Shown here one piece after another: positions 18,555-27,272 of a stretch of 64,000 nucleotides of DNA. This DNA is from Polyangiaceae bacterium. Lineage in GTDB: Bacteria > Myxococcota_A > Polyangia > Polyangiales > Polyangiaceae. The stretch is taken from NCBI GenBank assembly GCA_009781005.1, contig WQYX01000014.1, forward strand, positions 1,937-65,936, read 5' to 3'. A model generated the notes under the pieces. The model did no database searches, was not told the DNA's origin, and saw only the letters and a list, made by a program, of their open reading frames with translations. The first letter of the stretch is position 1. Each line of letters starts with the position of its first letter. A program made the translations under genes and the position numbers.

Positions 18555-20579
18555 TCAGCGGCCGAGGGCTTCGGCGCGGTTGACGATGCGAGGCGTGAGA
18601 AAGATGACGAGCTCGTTGCGTGTGTCGCTCGCGCGGCGGCGCTGAAAGAGCACGCCCAGGATCGGGATGTCGCCGAAGAACGGAACTTGATCGAGGTTGC
18701 GGCCGGTGTTGCGCGTGTAGATGCCGCCGATGACCGCCGTGTGTCCGTCCATCACGAGCAAGTCCGTTTCCGCTTCGCGCTTGAGGATCGTCGGATCGCC
18801 GCGCGCCGAGGTTTGGTTGAAGTCCGGTTCGTCGCGGTTGATTTTAACGTGCATCGAGACCGAGCCGTCGGCCGTGACGTGCGGGCGAACGAGGAGCTGA
18901 AGTTTCGCTTCCTGGAACGTCGTCTGAACGCCCTGCGCGGAGATCTGTGAAAACGGAATGAGCGTTCCTTGGCTGATACGCGCGTCGCGGTTGTCGAGCG
19001 TGAGGATGCGCGGGCTCGACACGATGCGGAGCAGACCGCTCGACTCGGCCGCCGAAAGACGGATGCCGATGTTGAAGTTGTTGTCGATCGAACCGAGCGA
19101 GATGCCGAGCGCGCCGCCCGCGCCCGTGCCGGTGGCCGCCGGGAGGTTGACCGCGAAGTTCGGTTGCGGGACGTTGCCTTGGAACGCGGAGAGGCCGCGT
19201 GAGTTCGTGTTCTGGTCGTAGTTGCCGCCCGCAATGCCGATTTGGGACGGGAACGCGATGCCGGTGGGATTGCCCGTGGCCTCCGAGAACGTCGCGTCAC
19301 CACCCCACTGGATGCCGATGTCGCGCAAGTAGCGGCTCGTTGCTTCGACGATACGCGCCTCCACGAGCACCTGCGGCGTCTGCGTGTCGAGCGAGCGAAC
19401 GAGCTCCTCGATGTTGTTCAAGTTGCCCGAGATGTCGCGCGCGATGAGAACATTGGTGCGTTCGTCGACCGCGATGGAACCGCGCGGCGAGAGCATGTCT
19501 TTGGCGCGCGCTTGGAGCTCGTCGGCGCGCGCATAGCTTACCGGGATGAGGCGCGTCTCGAGCGGCGTGAGCTCGTATTCTTGCTTGGCCGCAGCGAGAC
19601 GGAGCTCGCGCTCTTTCTGAAGCGCCGCAAGGGGAGCAACGCGAATCAAATTGCCCGCGCGCACCATGCCGAGACCCTTGGCTTGGAGAACGACGTCGAG
19701 TGCTTGATCCCACGGGACGTTGTTCATCTTGATCGTGACGTTGCCGGAAACGTCGTCGGCCGTGACGATGTTCACGCGTCCGACGTCCGCGAGCAGCCGC
19801 AGGATGTTGTGGATATCGGCGTCTTTGAGATCGAGGTTGATCCGGCGGCCGTTGTAACGGCCCGCCGCCTGCGCGTTCAACGTGGCCGTGAAGCCGGCGG
19901 CAACGCTCGCTCCTTGAACCTCGACGGCCATGTCGGAATTGCCGCCGTGAATCGATGTCTCCACGCGCGGGCCGTTATCTTCGAATTTCTCGCGCGCGAC
20001 CGTGACCGACTTGCGCAAGGTCTTGACCGTCGGCGCGCCCTTGGAGCCGTCCACGCGCACGTCGATGGGCTTTGCATCTTCGGCGGCGTCTTTGGGCACC
20101 GTGGCAGCGGACGACGGGGCCAACGCCTCCTTCGCGATGTCCGTCGTTTGTGCCGGCGTGAGATCGACCTTGAGCGACGAGCCTTCGGCGCGCACGCGGT
20201 AGGAAGCCTGGCGCGTGAGATTGACCGAGAGACGCGTGGTCATGCCCGCGTCCGTTCGAAACCCTTGCGTCAGAATGCCACCGACCACCCCCACGGGTGT
20301 CGTGATGGCTTCTTTCACACCGGGCGCGTCTGCATTCGAGATGTCGACGAGCAGGCGCTTGCCACCGCTGTCGACGCGGACGCTCCAGACCGGCGGCGCG
20401 GTGCCGACAATCTCGATCTCGGTTGCGCCGGATCCTTGATCCGTGGCGCGAACCTTGACGTCGCGCACGTGGTTCGACGCGTCATCCGCCGCGCTCGCCG
20501 TCGCCAAAAAAGCGATGGCTTGCGCCGCGAGCACAGGCAGCACCTTCTTGTGAATCGAGCCTCTCATCCGCCGTTGCAT
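18555..20579 (-). CDS. pilQ: Type IV pilus secretin PilQ
   Basis: AMIN-like N-terminus; GRRINLDLKDADIHNILRLLA; NVPWDQALDVVL; secretin C-domain ending VPFFGDIPILGVLF...ELVIFLTPRIV. Start uncertain (ORF track extends to 20663). Confidence 0.93.
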   Translation of the reverse strand: MQRRMRGSIHKKVLPVLAAQAIAFLATASAADDASNHVRDVKVRATDQGSGATEIEIVGTAPPVWSVRVDSGGKRLLVDISNADAPGVKEAITTPVGVVGGILTQGFRTDAGMTTRLSVNLTRQASYRVRAEGSSLKVDLTPAQTTDIAKEALAPSSAATVPKDAAEDAKPIDVRVDGSKGAPTVKTLRKSVTVAREKFEDNGPRVETSIHGGNSDMAVEVQGASVAAGFTATLNAQAAGRYNGRRINLDLKDADIHNILRLLADVGRVNIVTADDVSGNVTIKMNNVPWDQALDVVLQAKGLGMVRAGNLIRVAPLAALQKERELRLAAAKQEYELTPLETRLIPVSYARADELQARAKDMLSPRGSIAVDERTNVLIARDISGNLNNIEELVRSLDTQTPQVLVEARIVEATSRYLRDIGIQWGGDATFSEATGNPTGIAFPSQIGIAGGNYDQNTNSRGLSAFQGNVPQPNFAVNLPAATGTGAGGALGISLGSIDNNFNIGIRLSAAESSGLLRIVSSPRILTLDNRDARISQGTLIPFSQISAQGVQTTFQEAKLQLLVRPHVTADGSVSMHVKINRDEPDFNQTSARGDPTILKREAETDLLVMDGHTAVIGGIYTRNTGRNLDQVPFFGDIPILGVLFQRRRASDTRNELVIFLTPRIVNRAEALGR

Positions 20580-20718
20580 GCCATCGGCTCCTCGCGCCGG
20601 CTTCGCACGTTGCGCACGACGCCGCGGATGAGACGGTAGAACGCAAGGACCCAAAGTTCCCAATTTGTGACCAATTTGAAGACGGTCTTGCAGGCGCCGG
20701 CATGGCTCCGAGCGGCGA

Positions 20719-21159
20719 TCAGATTCGTTCGCCTGTCAGGATCACGTCGCGCATGGCCTCGGGGATCCGCAAGGGTTTGTGATCGTCGCCGATGCATCCA
20801 AGGCGCGTTCCGCCCATGGCGAGCAACGTACCGTCTCGGACAATGCGGTAGGCGAAACGCATCGACACGGCGCGCGCCTCCGTCAGCGTCGTCTCCACTT
20901 CGATGAGATCGTCGAAGCGCGCAGGCCGAAGGTAGCGGGCGCTCACTTCGACGACCGCCAGGTGCCAGCCGCGCGCAGCCCAATCGGCGTAGCTTACGCC
21001 GCGCCTGCGAAGCCACTCGACCCGCCCGGCCTCGAAGTACGCGAAGTAGTTGCCGTGGTGGACGATGCCCATGAGATCGGTCTCGCAGAACCGGACACGC
21101 ATCGGCACGACGGTCGTGCACCTTGCCGGATCGATGGTGATAGAGGACGAAGCTTGCAT
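20719..21159 (-). CDS. Acyl-CoA thioesterase (4HBT/YbgC family)
   Basis: VRFCETDLMGIVHHGNYFAYFEAGR. Confidence 0.92.
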   Translation of the reverse strand: MQASSSITIDPARCTTVVPMRVRFCETDLMGIVHHGNYFAYFEAGRVEWLRRRGVSYADWAARGWHLAVVEVSARYLRPARFDDLIEVETTLTEARAVSMRFAYRIVRDGTLLAMGGTRLGCIGDDHKPLRIPEAMRDVILTGERI

Positions 21160-21231
21160 TGGGCTCGCCCCTTACCACCTCCGCGCGCCGCCTCGGAAAA
21201 GTCGCCGTCCCTCTAGGCTGCTACGCTCTCG

Positions 21232-21765
21232 GTGATGCCCGAGCGCCGTCATCTGCCCGTCCTGAAGCCGCCCGGGCCGCCACCCCAACGTGACGATGAC
21301 GACACCCGGCCCCCTTGGCACTGGATCGGCCTTGGCACCCTCACCATCTTCGCGGTGTGGCTACCGCTTGCGTACGCCGCGCAGGCTGTCCTTGCTCGCG
21401 TCGTCGAACGCGAGTTCGGCCACGACATGCCTCCCGAGACGATCGCCGCGAAGCTCGCCGCTTCTTCGTCGGCGGATCGCCTTCGCCTCACCGCGATCCT
21501 CGCGGTCCCGCATGCGCTCGCTTTTGCCGTTGCCTCGTTCGTCGGCGGTTTCGTCGTAGGTCGCTTCGGCGCGCGCGCCGGCGTTCGCGAGGCCGCCTTG
21601 TCGGGCGCGGTCACGGCGTTCTTCGCCATCGTGATCGCGTGGGAGACGTCGTTCGGCTACCTCTTCACGGCGGTTATCATCCTCAGCATCGGCATCGTCT
21701 TCGCGGCATGGGGAGGTCGCGTTGGAGCTCGCAAACGTCCAGGCCCTGATCGGCCGGCGTGCTAA
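21232..21765 (+). CDS. Small integral membrane protein
   Basis: About four hydrophobic segments. Confidence 0.65.
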   Translation: MMPERRHLPVLKPPGPPPQRDDDDTRPPWHWIGLGTLTIFAVWLPLAYAAQAVLARVVEREFGHDMPPETIAAKLAASSSADRLRLTAILAVPHALAFAVASFVGGFVVGRFGARAGVREAALSGAVTAFFAIVIAWETSFGYLFTAVIILSIGIVFAAWGGRVGARKRPGPDRPAC

Positions 21766-21804
21766 AAAGCGGGCGATGTTTCGTTTGATGCGCGCGGCGG
21801 GGCC

Positions 21805-23151
21805 ATGAACGATCCCGTCGATCTTTTGGCGCTCGACAGAGACGTCAGGCGCGCCCACGAGCGCGTGTTCGGCATGCGCGCGACGCTCGATACGGCCGAG
21901 GGGCGTCTGCGTGCACGGTCGTTCGATCCGTTTGAGGATCTCCGCCGCGTTGCGGGTCGAACGACTTTCTTTGCGCTGCGCGAGCGGGCGCCATCCGCGC
22001 ATGATGCTCCGCTTCGTGATGCGCTCGTGCGCTGGACGTACGAGCTTCTGCAGGCGCGCATCGACCAAGATCTCGCGATTGACGACGCCGACGCCGTTCA
22101 CGAGGGACTCGAGACGTACTTCAAGGCATGGCGAGCCATCCTCACCTCCGATACGCTCACGCGCGCTGCCCTCGCACTCGAGCGCGCCGGCGAACTCTCG
22201 ACGCGGGTGTCCGGAGTGCGCAACGAGCGACGCGCCCGGCGCTGGGAGATCGCGCGAAGGCTCGGGCTCACGCATCCTTCCGCGCTTGCAACCGCGCGGT
22301 TGCCATCCGATCTCTCAGGCTTTGCGCGCTCCCTTCTCGATCGCACCGATTTGCTTGCGGCCGACGTCTTGAAACAGGCGCGCCGTCGCGCCGACATCGG
22401 CTCGTCCGCACCGTCGGCGGCCTTTGCCATGCGTCTCGCGCTTGCGCGCGACGCGGGCATGGGCTGGCCCGCGCATCTGGGCGCGCGGTGGCTTTCGGAG
22501 GCATTCCGTGCACTCCACACGCATCCGATCGATCTCCGTACCGTTCCGAAATTGCCTTTGCCGCTCGGTGCCGCGAGCTTTCTCCGTGCAGCGTGTGCGT
22601 GGGGTTTTGCGGTGCGCACGTCGGCCCCGCCTCGCTCGCTGCCGTTCGCGCTCTCTCGCGATCCCTACCCCGCATCGGCGCACCGCTTTGGCTTCGCGTT
22701 CGCTTCCGCCGTGGCAGATCCCGTCTTTCAGCGCAAGGTCCTCGGTCTGCCCGCGCGCGTCGCCGCGTCGCAAGCGCGCTCGCTCACGATCTCGATGCTT
22801 TTGTTTGCGCGCACGCTCGCCGCAAGATGGCTTCTCTCCGTGAGTGAGCGCACCGACTGCGCGACGTTCGACGAGCTCGGTGAGCGTGTCTTCGGCGCTC
22901 CCCTGCCTCCTTCCTTGCATGGCGCGTGGCCTAAAGATCGTATCGACGAGCCGTCGCGCCTCTTCGCACTCCTTGGGACCCTCTCCTTCGTGCGAGATCT
23001 GCGCAATCGCTTCGACGAGGATTGGTTCTTCAATCCGCGCGCTGGCACCCACCTCATGAGCCTTGCATGCGCGCCGGCATGGGACGACGAGCCTATTGCG
23101 GAGAACGTTCCCGCACGGCTCGCGCAAGGCTTCGAGGAGGCACTCGGATGA
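21805..23151 (+). CDS. Hypothetical protein, possibly a degenerate M3 peptidase-like fold
   Basis: C-terminal LRNRFDEDWFFNPRAG resembles M3-like tails; no HEXXH present. Confidence 0.5.
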   Translation: MNDPVDLLALDRDVRRAHERVFGMRATLDTAEGRLRARSFDPFEDLRRVAGRTTFFALRERAPSAHDAPLRDALVRWTYELLQARIDQDLAIDDADAVHEGLETYFKAWRAILTSDTLTRAALALERAGELSTRVSGVRNERRARRWEIARRLGLTHPSALATARLPSDLSGFARSLLDRTDLLAADVLKQARRRADIGSSAPSAAFAMRLALARDAGMGWPAHLGARWLSEAFRALHTHPIDLRTVPKLPLPLGAASFLRAACAWGFAVRTSAPPRSLPFALSRDPYPASAHRFGFAFASAVADPVFQRKVLGLPARVAASQARSLTISMLLFARTLAARWLLSVSERTDCATFDELGERVFGAPLPPSLHGAWPKDRIDEPSRLFALLGTLSFVRDLRNRFDEDWFFNPRAGTHLMSLACAPAWDDEPIAENVPARLAQGFEEALG

Positions 23152-23945
23152 GAACAGCTATGAAGAGGACGGTCGCTTCTCTTGCGCTGTCTGCCGCGAC
23201 GCTTCTCGCGCCGGTTGCGCCTGCCCTCACGCCGAAGGCCGCGCCACTTGCTCCGTTGCCCATGCTCCCGAGCGTAGCCCGCGTGATCTTTTCGCTTGTC
23301 GGCGATGGGACGTCGTCCGCGAGGCAGGCCCTCGTCATCGAGGAAGTGAACTTGCCGCGTGGCGACTGGAAGGGTGAAGCGCTCGACTTCTACGTGGCCT
23401 ACGGCGCGCCAGGGGTTCCGCATGCCGTCGACGTGCGGCTCGTGCCGGTCGCGGACGGCTCGCTCGAAGCAGACGACCATGCGGCGGGGGTACCGGTGGC
23501 GATCGAGCGCGCGCCGCGACGACCTCCGAGCGCGCATCCTCTCCTCGGTCGTGACACGATGGCCGGCTTCGTCGTCCACCTCAAAAAGGAGCCCTTTGCG
23601 AAGGCGCTCGCCCAAGGCAACATGGCAACCTTGCGCATTCGCGCCGTCGTCGATCTCCGAGAGCCGCCCGCGCCGCAGCCGTACACGCTCGTCGTTCGCC
23701 TCGGAGCATCGCGCGGCAGTCCGCTCACACTCGGCCGGCTCGTCGTCGAAAACCGACCTGGGGCGGACGTCGTCGCGCGCGCGGAAGCTCGCCTTTGCGG
23801 CGCCGACGCCGATCCGCACCCGCTCGCGGTGGCGATCACGCCGAAGCCCGCAGAGGCGCTACCTCCATCCTTGGACAATGCACCGATCGCCCCCGTGCTC
23901 GCCGTGCGTCACGCCTCTGACGATCTCTGCGTGTCTCTCTGGTGA
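23148..23945 (+). CDS. Exported hypothetical protein
   Basis: ATGA overlap with the upstream stop; signal peptide; stop codon overlaps the element end. Confidence 0.65.
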   Translation: MRTAMKRTVASLALSAATLLAPVAPALTPKAAPLAPLPMLPSVARVIFSLVGDGTSSARQALVIEEVNLPRGDWKGEALDFYVAYGAPGVPHAVDVRLVPVADGSLEADDHAAGVPVAIERAPRRPPSAHPLLGRDTMAGFVVHLKKEPFAKALAQGNMATLRIRAVVDLREPPAPQPYTLVVRLGASRGSPLTLGRLVVENRPGADVVARAEARLCGADADPHPLAVAITPKPAEALPPSLDNAPIAPVLAVRHASDDLCVSLW

Positions 23946-24066
23946 CCGCTTTCGATTTGCCGCGATCTCATCGTTGGGGCCTGCGGTGCGGTCCTCAAAG
24001 CCACACAAGGCTGTTCCGGTCCGCTCCTTGGCCCCGCCTCGACCTCGCGTCAACTTGAAAGCGGTC
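23944..24066 (+). mobile_element. 123-bp MITE-like element, copy 2, between convergent genes
   Basis: GACCGCTTTCGATTTG...CAACTTGAAAGCGGTC fills the whole gap between the two stop codons. Confidence 0.92.
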
Positions 24067-25284
24067 TCAGAATGAGTCGGGTTGCGAGTCCTGGCCCGAA
24101 CCACCGAGGGCCGCCGCGTCGATGAAGATCCGGAGCCCTGCCGACATCATCGTGGCCGGGTGATCGCCGGCAACGTCGCGACGAGCGCTGATCTCGACGC
24201 TGAACCTACGATCGATGTATCCTACACCAAGACTCAGCGCCTGGGTTTTCGACCCAGCATCATAGCGGTAGCCCGCACGCAGCGGGACGCGGTCGATCAG
24301 CATGTACTCGGCACCGAACATCGTGCGCGGACGCGCAGTCGAGTACGTCGTGAAGTCGATCTGCACGTCGCCTTCGATGGTCACAATCTGGTTCGAGTAG
24401 CCGATGCCCGAGGCGAGCAAGAGCGGCGCAATGGACGTACCCGTGGCCGTGAGGTTGTGACCGCTGACTCCAAGGCGAAGGCCTTCTGCCAGGGTGACGG
24501 CGGCGCCCGCATCGAAGGTAAATTGGTTGAAGAGTGGCTGATCGCTCGTGCCATCGGAGGCAAGGCTGGCTCCAAGCGGGCCGGCGGAAGTCCGCTGCGT
24601 CACGCGCAGGTAGCGCCCCGTTGCACCAATGCTCAATCGATCGCCGAACGGGTATGCGAGCGTCAGTCGGAGATCGGTCCACGTGCGGTTGATCCCGTCC
24701 GGATCCATCTGGTTCCACGTGCCGCCGAAGCCGCCTGCGAAACGACTCGTCGACGAATCAACGACGGCGCCACCGTAACTTTGTCGCCGCGCCTCTGGGC
24801 TGAACGCCGCAAGTCCTTCGAGGTGGTAGACGCGAGCCAGCGGAAGGTTCGCGGGGTTATTGAAGACTGCAACTGTCGACCCGCCCCACGCTTCTTGCGC
24901 GCCTGCCATCGCGACCGAGCGAGGCTGCTGCACCTGTCCGAGATCGTAGCCTTGGTCGATCGTCGTCGACGATCGATCCGCGCGCGCAAACACCGACGAC
25001 GACGTGACAGCGAGGAAGGTCGTCGCGAACGGAAGCGATTTGCGCCAAAAGAGCCAAGGGGAGCGCACCAAGCCGACCCTAACAAGTGCGCTTTGCGCCG
25101 GACAACCTTTCGAGCCCGATGTCACGAAACCCCCTAAATTTACGGGGCTTCGTCGACTCTTGACAGCAGAAACGACGTTGTTGCTCGCGCTCCGCGCGCG
25201 CGTGGACCGCCGCCAAGCCCAGATTGCAGAGCGACCACGGGGACTTCTCTGCGTCGTCCAGAGCTGCATGTGCGTCACACGCAT
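24067..25284 (-). CDS. Outer-membrane beta-barrel protein (FadL/PorV-like N-terminal motif); true start probably near 25068
   Basis: AMAGAQEAWGGSTVAVFNNPANL; amphipathic strands. Confidence 0.6.
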   Translation of the reverse strand: MRVTHMQLWTTQRSPRGRSAIWAWRRSTRARSASNNVVSAVKSRRSPVNLGGFVTSGSKGCPAQSALVRVGLVRSPWLFWRKSLPFATTFLAVTSSSVFARADRSSTTIDQGYDLGQVQQPRSVAMAGAQEAWGGSTVAVFNNPANLPLARVYHLEGLAAFSPEARRQSYGGAVVDSSTSRFAGGFGGTWNQMDPDGINRTWTDLRLTLAYPFGDRLSIGATGRYLRVTQRTSAGPLGASLASDGTSDQPLFNQFTFDAGAAVTLAEGLRLGVSGHNLTATGTSIAPLLLASGIGYSNQIVTIEGDVQIDFTTYSTARPRTMFGAEYMLIDRVPLRAGYRYDAGSKTQALSLGVGYIDRRFSVEISARRDVAGDHPATMMSAGLRIFIDAAALGGSGQDSQPDSF

Positions 25285-25632
25285 TTCACAGGTGGTTTAC
25301 AAGGAATAAAACCAAGCAATATCGACAACTTACATCTGATTGAAACAATGGACATGACGACGGCAATTCGGCGGTGCTACCTCCCTCTTCTCGAGTCGCC
25401 GGGCGCTCGGCGGTGAGTGTTCAGGTAAGTGTTCAGGCGTGAATTTTGGTATTTCACCTATCTGGATTCTATTTAAAAGCCAGTCTGAAGGCCCCGTTTG
25501 AAAGAATAGGGCGGGGATGATTGTCAATAACGTCAAAGGTTTTTCTCCATAGTTTTGGAGAGACCAGGCATATCGGCGTGTGGCGAGGGGCTACGCGGCG
25601 AATTCTTCGTGGCGGGGATTTGTGTGTGTGGT

Positions 25633-25653
25633 CTTTCCACAGCCTGTGGAAAA
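25633..25653. promoter_or_regulatory. Inverted pair of DnaA boxes
   Basis: CTTTCCACA (one mismatch to TTWTNCACA) and TGTGGAAAA (perfect on the minus strand), 3 nt apart, about 45 bp upstream of dnaA. Confidence 0.7.
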
Positions 25654-25696
25654 TCTGTGTGTGTCGCTCGTCGGCATTCGCTGAAAACGGATAGAA

Positions 25697-27133
25697 ATGC
25701 AGCACGAAATGCTCTGGAACGAGGCCGTCGTCTTTACGCATGCCAAGTCACCGGCAAGCTTCGAACAGTGGTTTTCCGGCGTTCAGTTCGACGGAATCAC
25801 GGACGGCATCATCAGTCTCCGCGCGAGAGATGAGTTCGTGCGTGACTGGGTGGAACGGCACTTTCTGCCAACGCTCACCGACTACCTACGCAGTCAAACG
25901 GGCTGGAGCGTGCAAGTGGCGTGGAGCGTCGGTGGCGATCTCGAGCGTCCTGTTGCGTGCGGCATCTCTGAGCCCCCCGTGCGTCCGCGCGCTCTTGTTC
26001 CGTCGAGTGTCACGAATCGGTTGGCCGGGCGCATCTACGAGGAAAGCGCGACGAAGGCCCCAACCAGTGCTAGCGCCGGTGCGGCATCCGCGCGGCCCAA
26101 GCGGCTCGATGGGCTGAATCCGAAGTACACGTTCGCGAACTTCGTCGTGGGTCCGTCGAACCAGCTTGCTCATGCAGCAGCCATCGCGGCGGCTGGTGGC
26201 GGCGGCCCACGCTATAATCCGGTTTTCGTGTGCGGGGGCACTGGCCTCGGCAAGACGCATCTCGTGCAGGCCGTTGCCCATCGGTTTCGGTCAGAGCGAC
26301 CGAGCGCGCGCATCCTCTATGTGTCGGCCGAGCAGTTCGTCAACGAGTTCGTCCAGTCGCTGCAGGAAGGGCGAATGAGCGAGTTCCGCAATCGCTACCG
26401 CGGTCGATGCGATCTGCTCCTCGTCGACGACATCCAGTTCCTCGCCTCGAAGACGCAGACGCAAGAAGAGTTTTTTCACGCGTTCAACGTGCTTCACCAC
26501 GCCGACAAGCAGATCGTCGTCACGAGCGACAAGTATCCTCAGCAGCTCGAGCGAATGGAGGAGCGGCTCGTCTCGCGCTTCAAGTGGGGGCTCATCGCCG
26601 ACATCCAAGGCCCGGAGCTCGAGACGCGCGTGGCCATCCTCCGCAAGAAAGCCGAACTCGAACAGATCGAGCTCGAAAGCGATGTCATCCTCTTTCTCGC
26701 GCAGTCGATTCGCTCGAACGTGCGCGAGCTCGAAGGCACGCTGATCCGTCTCGCCGCGAAGTCATCGCTCCTTGGTCGATCCATCGATCTCGAGTTCGCC
26801 CGCCAGGAGCTCGCGGTCACCGTGAACCCGCGCCCGAACGAGGCAAGTGTGGACGACATTCAGCGCGTCGTCTGCCACCACTTCAAGCTCCGATCGAACG
26901 ATCTGCTTTCAAAGGACCGCCACAAGAGCGTTGCCTTCGCGCGCCACGTTGCGATGTATCTTTGCAAGCAGCGCCTCAAGTGCAGCTTTCCCGAGCTCGG
27001 TCGTGCCTTTGGCAACCGCGATCACACGACCGTGATGAGCGCCGTGCGCAAGGTCTGCAACCTCCGCACGAGCGATCCAGAAGTGCGTGCGCATCTCGAC
27101 GCCCTCGAACGGAAGCTCGGCACCACCGATTGA
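25697..27133 (+). CDS. dnaA: Chromosomal replication initiator DnaA
   Basis: LNPKYTFANFVVGPSNQLAH, GGTGLGKTHL, LLLVDDIQFL, SNVRELEG, FGNRDHTTVMSA. Confidence 0.97.
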   Translation: MQHEMLWNEAVVFTHAKSPASFEQWFSGVQFDGITDGIISLRARDEFVRDWVERHFLPTLTDYLRSQTGWSVQVAWSVGGDLERPVACGISEPPVRPRALVPSSVTNRLAGRIYEESATKAPTSASAGAASARPKRLDGLNPKYTFANFVVGPSNQLAHAAAIAAAGGGGPRYNPVFVCGGTGLGKTHLVQAVAHRFRSERPSARILYVSAEQFVNEFVQSLQEGRMSEFRNRYRGRCDLLLVDDIQFLASKTQTQEEFFHAFNVLHHADKQIVVTSDKYPQQLERMEERLVSRFKWGLIADIQGPELETRVAILRKKAELEQIELESDVILFLAQSIRSNVRELEGTLIRLAAKSSLLGRSIDLEFARQELAVTVNPRPNEASVDDIQRVVCHHFKLRSNDLLSKDRHKSVAFARHVAMYLCKQRLKCSFPELGRAFGNRDHTTVMSAVRKVCNLRTSDPEVRAHLDALERKLGTTD

Positions 27134-27189
27134 CCGCTTTCGATCCGCTCCTCGGCCCGCCTTGATCTCACGTCAACTTGAAAGCGGTC
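27132..27189 (+). mobile_element. Internally deleted (58-bp) copy of the element
   Basis: Both ends present (GACCGCTTTCGAT...CGTCAACTTGAAAGCGGTC); overlaps the dnaA TGA. Confidence 0.85.
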
Positions 27190-27272
27190 TTGGTTTAAAA
27201 CGAAGGGCCCGGCTTCGCGTGCTTGCGCATGAGCCTATTCGCATCGTGCAAGGGGCGGTACGCTAGGCAACG

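Noticed and set aside
25330-25536. Small ORFs upstream of dnaA considered as rpmH
   Set aside because: No MKRT(F/Y)QP motif and not Arg/Lys-rich like L34.
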